Shown here piece by piece: positions 10,257 through 18,846 of a stretch of 18,846 bases of DNA. This DNA comes from Ginkgo biloba (taxonomy: Eukaryota > Plantae > Ginkgophyta), in the NCBI GenBank assembly GCA_024626585.2, contig JANKJI020000004.1:160274392-160293237 (forward strand), given 5' to 3'. The notes below the pieces were generated by a model. It ran no database searches and was not told the DNA's origin. It was given only the letters and a program-made list of their open reading frames with translations. The translations under genes were made by a program, and so were the position numbers. How positions within the stretch are numbered: position 1 is the first letter of the stretch; every line of letters begins with the position of its first letter.

Positions 10257-11187
10257 TTAGAATATGAAAGGGATAAGAGCTCTTCTATATTTGGGGAAAT
10301 CTTCCATTTTGTGCAAATACCATTGTCTAGTGGCATAACTTCTACCCATGAGATAGAATGTCGTCCAAGCCAAACTAAACAAGCCAAAGACAGTTTGGGA
10401 GATTAAGGCCATACCCAAAAAGTCAATAATCTCGAATAGATAATGTGGGCACACTACCAAAGCGAAGAAACCTCCTTGTGGCACAACATACCCTCTTTGC
10501 CCATTTTTCCTTTGCCTCGACAAGAGATAATGATGATAAAAATTCCCACATATGCCTACCAAAAATACCCCCATTCCAACCCACATTAAATCCACAGCTG
10601 GTGGTCTCATGCTCTCACACAGTTGCTGGGCATACAGCAGGTTAACAGATGAGAAAAAGTAGCCCCATGAAATTAATAGAGCAGTCTTCAATGTCATCTC
10701 TCCTGAATAACGATGGACAAACAGGACCTGCATTGCCCAATAATATAATTCAATAAATACGTCTATGGATTGACATAATCAATAATAATATTTGGTTAAT
10801 TACCTCCAATTCTCTTTTGAGGAAGTGTATCGTTAAGGCCAAGGCCACGACCATGAGACGTAGACTTGTTTTCTGGTGAAGTCCAAACGATGCCAGTCCT
10901 AATTTGTGCAGAAACGATGGAACATATTTCATGTGTTGCAGTTTGCACAGAAAGAATATCGAAGAGACGATTAAGGAGGGGGCGTAGCATATGACCATCC
11001 CTTTTCTGCTGGATATTCTTCTGCCTTGCTCTTCTTTTGCCCCTGCAAACTTAGAGTATTTGAGATTAAGTCCTTTGGCCTCTGAATACCCACACTGCAC
11101 ACTGCCCACGAGCGTCATAATCTCTGTAACTTTCAAATATATGGAAGGAGGATTTTGAAAGAGATATTGCTGAAGAAGGGTTGCCAT
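10257..11187 (-). CDS. steroid 5-alpha-reductase / 3-oxo-5-alpha-steroid 4-dehydrogenase family protein (enoyl-reductase-like, At5g16010-like); join(11187..10804,10727..10257), 284 aa
   Basis: ATG in GCCATGG context. Exon 1 has 128 codons (LKYSKF, ISSRKGM..YAP, HFLKRELE). Exon 2 has 156 codons plus TAA (VLFVHRYSG, GNFYHHYLL, Y.VP.GG.F..V.CPHYLFEI, GRSYATRQWY, FPK.RRALIPFIF). Splicing restores the family motif HFxKRxxEVLFxHxYSG. Several hydrophobic TM segments, no disruptions. Confidence 0.95.
10728..10803 (-). other. 76-nt phase-0 GT-AG intron of the reductase gene
   Basis: Donor GAG|GTAATT at 10804/10803, acceptor TGCAG|GTC at 10728/10727, AT-rich interior, and an in-frame stop if unspliced. 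Confidence 0.93.
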
Positions 11188-12713
11188 GGCGATGATTTAA
11201 AAGGCAGAATGAAGGGAACACTTAGTACTCCAGAGGGTGTAATACCCAAAATTCAGAGATATGAATATTGCTTTGGAGAACAAACGGGGAGAATGGTTGT
11301 TTGTAACTTTNNNNNNNNNNNNNNNNNNNNNNNNNNNNNNNNNNNNNNNNNNNNNNNNNNNNNNNNNNNNNNNNNNNNNNNNNNNNNNNNNNNNNNNNNN
11401 NNNNNNNNNNACCATATTTTATTGTAATTAATATGATATATTTGCATAATGTTGTAATATAATATGCTTATATAAAATGTGATTAGTGTAATTTCAATTA
11501 TTTTCACCACAACTACAAATACCGTTTTGTTAGTTAATAAAATTTCCTTCCAGACGAAGTGCATGTGAACTATTATAGATGATGAATCCCTTCATGTACT
11601 TAATTAATTATTTAATTATTTATAGGGGAGAGTCAATAATTACTAACAAATCATATAATGTATAAAATACCCTTCTATGACTAATGAGAGTTGGATAATT
11701 TCTCTTCCTTTCCAAAGGATTATGATTGGAATCTCTAGGTGTTATTAACCATGAAGGAGTTGGATGGATGGTATCCCATGCCAACATAGAGAACCTAGAA
11801 ATTGTCTCACTACTAATGTAGGATTTAATTTTTTCTTTCTATTTTTCTTGGCGTGATGTATTTTCTTCCGCAGTTAGTTATGCAAGTGATTTCTCTTTTC
11901 TCTATGTAGTTGCTTAGACGTATAATAGTTTTATTCTTATTAATTATTGGATAGAAAGTCATATTATTTATGCCATAATTTTAAGGTAAGGAACTATTGA
12001 TTCCATCTCCCATTTTATATTTAAAATATAACTATCCATAGTTGATAATTAATGACCATCTGAGAGACCACTCAAATAGTGTACTACACTTGAAAGAGGA
12101 ATGCTAAGTGATGGGAGAGAATCTAGGAGAATCCAATGCATAGAGATAGTTTAAGAGATAAATAATTTTTCCCTGTGAAAGAAGTTGGGAGATAGATTGA
12201 ATGATAAGACTAAGGAAGAAATCCATAAGGAGGGTCTAGGAGAACTGACACATCAAAGGAGCCTAGAGACTAAGCCATGAAGTTTCACTAAGAAAGGGAA
12301 CAATCATTTGAGGAACACGTTATAAGAAGAGATCAATAGAGGAAGAATGCTCGAGGAAGAATTAAATAGACAATAAAAATATATACTATTTAGTTGCTAG
12401 TGGGAGGAGATAAATAATAAAAAATTGATTATAAGGATCGATCGATGAAAAAATATAGGTTGTAGAGATGAATCAAGAACGTGAAGGCTACTCCAANNNN
12501 NNNNNNNNNNNNNNNNNNNNNNNNNNNNNNNNNNNNNNNNNNNNNNNNNNNNNNNNNNNNNNNNNNNNNNNNATTTTTAAATCTAGAATCACATTAAACC
12601 CATAGCACCACAAGACTAAGACCTAAAGGACCTAAAATGAGATAAAAGGGTCTAGTTTACTTTTCACTTTTAAGATACATTTTGATATTTTTAATTTGGA
12701 AATGTTTAAAAAA

Positions 12714-13933
12714 ATGGTCAGAGGTGGTGTAAAAAAATTTATTCTTCTATATACAAACAAATTAAGAGGTAATAACTATGAAGTGTGGAATTTTAAAATG
12801 TAAAACTTCTTAATTATACAAAAATTAATAAATATNNNNNNNNNNNNNNNNNNNNNNNNNNNNNNNNNNNNNNNNNNNNNNNNNNNNNNNNNNNNNNNNN
12901 NNNNNNNNNNATATCATCAGGATGCACATCAAAGATAATCTAATTCCCCATGTCTAGTGATTAGAAATATCAATAGAGACATGGAAATCCTTAAGAAACC
13001 TATATGAAACACCTTAAGAGACTAGAATCCTATAATTGTAGAACCAACTATATAGTACTAGGATGATCAAAGGTGAATCAATGGTTAATAATTTAATGAA
13101 GCTAAAGGAAATTTAGGAGGAACTGATTCCTAGGATTTTATAAGAACTACCTTAAATAATCTTCCATTTTCATTTCATGTGCTAGTGAGAAGTCTTAATA
13201 TGGCTAAAAAGTAAAAAAACCTAAATTTTGGAGCATTGAGATAGTTACTCCTACATGAAGAACACAAAGTAAATATGTATAAGAATATTATTATTAGTAC
13301 TAGTAACGAGAAGGACTTGATGTAAAAAAATATGAAACACTTGGATAGAACCAAAAATTAGTCCAATACTAATATAAATGTTGATAGAATAGTAAGAATA
13401 ATACTAGTAAAATAAAGTTAAAATATTTTTACTATGGGAGGTCAGGGCATTATGATAGGGAATGTTGGGTGAAAAAGGTTGACAAGGAAAGTAAAATATA
13501 TTCTAAATTTTTTTTAAAAATAAATAACAAGAAAAATACATGTGACTCAAATTATAGAGAAGGAGGGTTGGAGATGTTTCTATCAACAACAACTGGGAGT
13601 AATGGTGATGATAATTCCTAGTATATCAAATCTAGAATAACTAAACATATAATGCACAAAGATGATTAGTTTATAGGGGTTGAAGAAAATTGAGGAGGGT
13701 GAGAAGGTCTTACTAGGTGATGATAGGCAATATCTAGTTTAAGGTTGAGGAATAGTATCAATGAGGTTGTTATATGACATGGTTAAAGATGTTAAAAATA
13801 TTTTTCGTGTTCAAAGTCTAAAGAATAACTTATTGTTGGTTAGTCAAATTGAAAAGTGAAACCTAAAGGTGGAATTTGACTATAATAAGTTCTTGATCAA
13901 GGATGCTAATAACAAGGTGATTATAAAAGGTAT
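12714..13933 (+). mobile_element. decayed Ty1/copia gag-protease region
   Basis: Domains in copia order: KLRGNNYEVWNFKM (gag N-terminus), ETWKSLRNLYE, MIKGESM...LKEI, TLNNLP, LLLHEE (UBN2-type gag), YFYYGRSGHYDREC (CCHC knuckle with two C>Y), *YIKSRITKHI (consensus WY+DSGA+.HM protease), and VLLGDD...V.G.G...V.SLKNNLLLVSQ. Confidence 0.9.
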
Positions 13934-14061
13934 NNNNNNNNNNNNNNNNNNNNNNNNNNNNNNNNNNNNNNNNNNNNNNNNNNNNNNNNNNNNNNNNNNN
14001 NNNNNNNNNNNNNNNNNNNNNNNNNNNNNNNNNATAATTATCTCTTATATTTACATAAAAT

Positions 14062-14392
14062 CTAAGCAATAAGAAGTTATCATAACTTGAAAAAATTAGC
14101 TTCAGTGAGTGATTTTATCATGATGTTAGAAACTTATTGCTTTGAAGAATTCCTTCTCCAACCAAGTGTTTGATGTAATTATGATGAAGTTCAATGTTCA
14201 CCAAGTATTCCCCCTTAGGGTACCATCATAATTCATAAAGTAGGTTTGATTAGATGAATCATCTATCAGTTCTATGAATTCACCCATAACATACCTCTAA
14301 ATCCTTTTATTATTTAAATAATTAGAAATCTTGAGTTTCCAGTTAGAATAGTTTGAACTTATAATCATGGGTAGTTGGGGCATAGTATCCAT
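14062..14392 (-). mobile_element. internally deleted Ty1/copia relic: gag N-terminus joined to RNase H C-terminus
   Basis: From ATG at 14392: MDTMPQLPMIISSNYSNWKLKISNYLNNKRI*RYVMGEFIE (copia gag start, NY..W). Immediately after about 14200: NIELHHNYIKHLVGEG...Q*VSNIMIKSLTEANFFKL**LL (consensus KHIE+..H+IR.LV..G..QVAD++TK.L....F..LR..L). Confidence 0.7.
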
Positions 14393-15260
14393 GATATAGT
14401 ATAACAAAAAATAACAAAATTTGAAGATGATATTAGAAATATGAATACCTTGTGAAACCTTCAATCAACTTAAAATATAAAAATATGAGGCAAATTAGGT
14501 CTAAATTAGGTCATACATATGTCCAAATTTAATACTTTTGAACATATATTCCAACACAATAGATGAAACTAATATTTGAATTCTCTTATGAAAGTTATGG
14601 AAGAAATAGTACACAAAGGTAGGGTAAAATTAAAATAGGCTTAGAAATTACCCCTCAAACCATAAAATATTAACATTAAATGTTCACATATGACCATTAG
14701 GATGAGATTTAATTGATCATAGACTCCAAATAAATTCCAATATGCTTTAATCAATCCCCAAATTTAGAAAAAAATATAATTTTAAAAATCTCCAAATCTC
14801 TATGGTGATTCACTCATGTGCATTTGCGATGACTATGCACACCTAATTGTGTATGATTTAATATAAATCACTAAATACATAATAGATTTACTAGAGGGAG
14901 GTCATCTAAAGTTGATTGTAGTGAGGACGAGGATGCCTAAAAATTGCCTGAAAAGGCTTCCATTTCCCACAAAAAATAATATAAAGGCATCACAACTATC
15001 CACCCAAAATAGTGAGTAGAGAAAATTACCAAATAACCACAGAGATATATGTTTGATACTATGAAATTTAACTAAAAGTAATGACATTCTAAACTAACAA
15101 AGTAAAAAACCAACACAAGGCTCTAAATAATTAATGACAAAGAGCTCTAAACCCTAATGAAATCTCCTCAATAAGAGAATGCTTAATGGATAAAGCTTTG
15201 AACCCTAATAGGAGAAAACTTAATGGTTGATAACTAAAATCTCTTGATGATTAACTCACT

Positions 15261-15272
15261 GTTATGATACCA
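15261..15272 (-). promoter_or_regulatory. degenerate tRNA-iMet primer-binding site adjacent to an LTR end
   Basis: The minus strand reads ...TATATCA|TGGTATCATAAC, a 10/12 match to TGGTATCAGAGC directly after a CA end. It is on the same contig and strand as the deleted copia, about 870 nt upstream of its ATG. Confidence 0.5.
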
Positions 15273-15744
15273 TGATATAAATATCAATAAGNNNNNNNNN
15301 NNNNNNNNNNNNNNNNNNNNNNNNNNNNNNNNNNNNNNNNNNNNNNNNNNNNNNNNNNNNNNNNNNNNNNNNNNNNNNNNNNNNNNNNNNNTAGGTTGGA
15401 GGTGATCCAAATTAGGGAATAGGTATATCTAGTTATACCTATAGGAATATGGGTGTATCTAGTATCATAATCATAAATTTTATAACTTATCATAGATTAA
15501 ATATGATAAGTTCTCCATATGTGGGACTTAGTTGGAGGCAAGATCTAGATTTTCCACCAAGTCATGTTGGAATGGAATTAGTTGTGATGAGAGTCAATGG
15601 TTGAGAAAGTATGATTTATTTATATTTATTCTTTCATCATTTTATATTATATGTATGCATATACATATGGATATTGATACTAATCTTTAACTCTGAAGGC
15701 ATAGTTGAGGGAGCGTCACCACCACCACTAGGATCTAGAGGATC

Positions 15745-15762
15745 GAGGAGGAGGAGGAGGAG
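15745..15762. repeat. (GAG)6 microsatellite
   Basis: gaggaggaggaggaggag read directly. Confidence 0.85.
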
Positions 15763-16183
15763 AATATCCATAAATAGAAATAGGAGAAGGTTAATAGAAG
15801 TATTATTATGGGGTACCATAATTCAAAGTCCCTATTATACTTAGTGAGGAGGACAAATTCCATTTGGATGCGATTCATAAGGCATATTTGATAGTTGATT
15901 AGACTAGATATATAGCTCCATTTTTTATGATTATTAAGAGGGAGTTGAATGAACACCATGTGTAGGAGCTACATCCACCACAAGAGGCCTTAGTGAGGAT
16001 AGATCCTTATTCATTCTTGAGAGATATATGGTTCATACTTTAGTAAATTTTGATTCTTTAGAGGTAGATGTTTCCTTATCATGTATCATATATATGTATA
16101 TGCTAAAGTGATAGTATTTCTTAGCATAGATGTATATTGGATATGTTTTGTATTATTGTTGTATCATCATAATTTTGTACATA

Positions 16184-16199
16184 TGTGTGTGTGTGTGTG
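16184..16199. repeat. (TG)8 microsatellite
   Basis: tgtgtgtgtgtgtgtg read directly. Confidence 0.9.
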
Positions 16200-16287
16200 T
16201 TTCATGTAATTGTATACTAAATGTGATTGAATTTTATGATGGATTTCATATTTTAGGTATAGATATAATGTAAAATGAAAAAATATG

Positions 16288-16585
16288 CCCCCTCTTAAAA
16301 TATTATCATGTAGAGAGAGGGGGAAAAGAAGGGCATGGATTCCCCCCACACCATATAAAGAATAAAAAAACTTAATATAAGACCCATTCATTGCATTAGG
16401 AAAAAATATGCCATCCATATAAGACAACAAATAGGAACCCTTAGGTAATACTTTATAAATAATGAAGGGTACCAACCCCCAATAATTTAAATTTTTGGGA
16501 CCTAATTTCTTTTTAGTTTCATCAAAATATAATACAAGGTCTCCCTCTTAATATGTATGAGGTATGACCTTTAGATCAAGAGAGC
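16288..16585 (-). mobile_element. Ty3/gypsy integrase C-terminus (GPY/F region) with possible polypurine tract
   Basis: DLKVIPHTY*EGDLVLYFDE...KFK....PFIIYKVLPKGSYLLSYMDG.FFPNAMNGSYIKFFY. The purine run AAGAGGGGG lies at 16296-16288 on the minus strand. No chromodomain follows. Confidence 0.8.
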
Positions 16586-16599
16586 ATAAGCTTCAAAGT

Positions 16600-17694
16600 T
16601 TTCAAATTGTAATCCATTTATTTTAACTCAACAAGTCAAACAACATAATTTTCTATTAGATATACTAGATTATAGATCTTCTTCAAATAGGGACTCTTCT
16701 AATTGTTTCTTAGCTTCTACAATATCCTTATTGAATTCCCTTTTAAATTTTATACAAGTGGAGGTAATTTTCCTTCTATAGACCAATAGTTAGGAAGTGA
16801 TCCTAGCAATGGCTTAGTTCCACCAATCAATCTAATTGTTATCCCCTAGAGGCTTAGGAAGAAAATGGAAGATGAGTTTGATACCAACAAGGCAACTAGA
16901 GAGTTGCAGATGGGAGAGATTCATTTTAAAGGTGGTACTTCTTCCAGGCATCTTGTATTCTCCCCAGGCAATCTGGAAGGAGATGGGGCTATGGTCCGAT
17001 AGAGAAGCATGGTTGATGACTTTAACCGGTCTACCCGAGTCGCTTTGGACTCTAAAGAGGTTATCCCCTAAGATCATCACTCTCTCAAGCCTTTTAAGGA
17101 TTCTATCATGCTTGTGCTTGATGTTTGACTAGGTAAACTAGGGCTCATACGAAAAGTCTTTTCTAAACCTATTGGGGTCATAAAGTCTTAGGTTCTCTTT
17201 GAGCCCCTGCCAAGATTACTCTTTCTTCTATGACTCATTTCAAGGGAAGACCCCCTAGCATGTCCTCTTTGTCTTTTATCATGTTAAAGTCTCTATAAAG
17301 GAACCGGGAAGTTGGTAACAAGTTATTCCCAAGCCATTGCCAAACTTTGGCTCACTCTAAGGCTAAATATTAGTTATTTTGAGGACCTTGTTATTTAGAT
17401 TAAGCAAAACCTAGGCCACCCAGTGGGGTCGATACCTCACTCTATTACTTTTTTTTCTAAGGATGGGAAGATAAAAATGGAGACCCCAACTTTCCCTTCC
17501 TGGTGAAGGGAAGAGAAGGAGGAGACTTCAAGCCAAATTATTTGAATGGTGGTCTTCAACTTGAAGCCAACCACTTTGACCTCTTAGATGCATAGCACAT
17601 CAAGATTTTTGAAGTCATAAACTAGATTTTGGATAGATTTATTTTTGCATGGGTATGTGAGGACCCTAACATTCCAACTGAGATAATTAATCAT
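16600..17694 (-). mobile_element. decayed L1-type LINE ORF2 N-terminus: APE endonuclease plus following helical linker; RT absent
   Basis: From ATG at 17694 (in a TAATG context): YLSWNVRVL, DVLCI*EVK, GKVGVSI, YRDFNM (GDFN), FT*SN, KRLERV (RLDR), LSDHSPI, FKMN, DWWN*AIARI. All EN motifs are in order, with stops and frameshifts. Confidence 0.9.
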
Positions 17695-17801
17695 TAGGAG
17701 TNNNNNNNNNNNNNNNNNNNNNNNNNNNNNNNNNNNNNNNNNNNNNNNNNNNNNNNNNNNNNNNNNNNNNNNNNNNNNNNNNNNNNNNNNNNNNNNNNNN
17801 N

Positions 17802-18846
17802 ATGACCATATATGATATAAAAATGCGTAAAACTCGTGTCAACCTTGGTAGTTGTTATATAAGACCACAATGCAGGATAAATCTTAGTGTGATAATTTCA
17901 ATAGTTTTCATTAATTATTATTTGTAGAATAGTTTTTATTTTCTTATTAAATGACTCTACTAGGCCATTCACTTGTGGATAATAGGAGTAAGCCTTAGAA
18001 TGACCAATTCCTAGTGTGATGAAAAGTTCCTCTATTAATGAATTTATGAAATGAGTGCCTCGATATGATATAATGACTATTTGTATGCCAAATCTTATGA
18101 CGATTTGATTGAAAATAAACATTATGGAATTTTTCCCATCAACATTGATGAAAGGAATAGATTCAAACCATTTTATAAAATATTCAGTAGTAGTGATGAT
18201 ATATTGATATATCATTCCCACAGGAGGTTCAAATGGTCCAAAAACATTTATCCCCTATTTGGCAAAGGGACCAACCATAATTATATGATGAAGTGGCATA
18301 CAAGGCATATGTTTTATAGAGATGAAATATTGGCATTGGGATACATTTTTAATGGATTCATGATACTCTTTAATGAGAGAAGTATAATGGTAACCTTATG
18401 TAATGATATTTGCCATAGTAGGAAGAGAAGATAAATTTCCTCTATAATATCTACAATGATACTCATTCCTATGACACAATATTATAGAACACCATAGATG
18501 AATCATTTATATAACATATAATCCAAGATCATAAATCTTGGAGTTTGTATACAAATATTATTACATTGAGTTTTATTTAAATGTAGAGCATATGTTTGAT
18601 ATATCAAGTAATGAATAAAATAACCATACCATTCATTATCATTTAAGATTATAAACAAGGTGTCATATAAACAATATACATCGATCGTTGGCACATAAGC
18701 TTATGAAGAAAAAGGAAAATATATTATTAACTTGGAAAGACTCATACCATTCTTGGTTTTTCTATGAACAATCTCAAGTTCAAATTAATGGAGAAGAATG
18801 ATCCAAAAACCAATACATCCTAACAAGATTTTCTTATCAAGGAGAT
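17802..18846 (-). mobile_element. decayed non-chromoviral (Athila/Tat-like) Ty3/gypsy pol: RNase H end and integrase
   Basis: LLGCIGFWIILLH*FELEIVHR (consensus GR+.RW+LLLQEFD+EI), then NEWYGYFIHYL, a degraded HHCC region, PFAK*GINVFGPF, YIITTTEYFIKWFE, IVIRFGI..IISYRGTHF, SYYPQVNGLVESFNK, and ALWSYITT...FYIIYG. Confidence 0.9.

Noticed and set aside
1-11187. bZIP plus reductase as a co-regulated biosynthetic gene cluster
   Set aside because: Separated by six unsized 100-N gaps and TE debris. No other pathway genes and no evidence of true linkage.
10007-11427. Short ORFs overlapping the reductase gene on either strand
   Set aside because: Alternative or antisense frames of the real gene and its UTRs. 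The two real ORFs (10750..11187 and 10257..10733) are exons of one gene, not two genes.
8653-15156. Scattered AAACCCT(A) motifs (about 8654, 8993 and 15149) as interstitial telomere
   Set aside because: Single isolated units, not tandem arrays. Common in plant LTRs and promoters.
15392-16150. ORFs 15611..15844, 15637..15819 and 15735..15959; possible decayed gag on the minus strand
   Set aside because: Low-complexity frames driven by the GAG repeat. Gag similarity is too faint to support a call.
16836-18434. Plus-strand ORFs 16836..17132 and 18081..18434
   Set aside because: Antisense shadows of the LINE endonuclease and the gypsy integrase.
1-18846. CRISPR arrays, rRNA/tRNA genes or prokaryotic operons
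   Set aside because: No regularly spaced repeats or RNA-gene signatures seen. The spliceosomal intron and plant retroelements show this is eukaryotic nuclear DNA.

Overview
AT-rich, heavily fragmented land-plant nuclear DNA. The retroelement flavour and strong CG/CHG decay suggest a large genome such as a gymnosperm (inference). There are 16 N-gaps, ten of them exactly 100 N, so adjacency across those gaps is uncertain. Two host genes sit in CG-retaining islands, both on the minus strand. (1) The 5' part of a probable bZIP62/At1g19490-like transcription factor gene (ATG at 376, running off the left edge, absent from the ORF track), preceded by a G-box/I-box cluster. (2) A complete two-exon steroid 5-alpha-reductase/enoyl-reductase-like gene, join(11187..10804,10727..10257), 284 aa, At5g16010-like. 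Most of the rest is decayed retroelement: Ty3/gypsy gag, protease, RNase H and integrase pieces, Ty1/copia gag-protease, an internally deleted copia (gag start fused to RNase H end), an L1 LINE endonuclease region, a relic accessory ORF of unknown function, and a diverged ~1 kb duplicated unit. A weak candidate for a small secreted-peptide gene lies at about 8680-9065. I see no RNA genes or CRISPR arrays and no clear evidence of a new multi-gene system. The best leads are the hidden bZIP gene with its unusual leader, the reductase, the peptide candidate and the TE accessory ORF.
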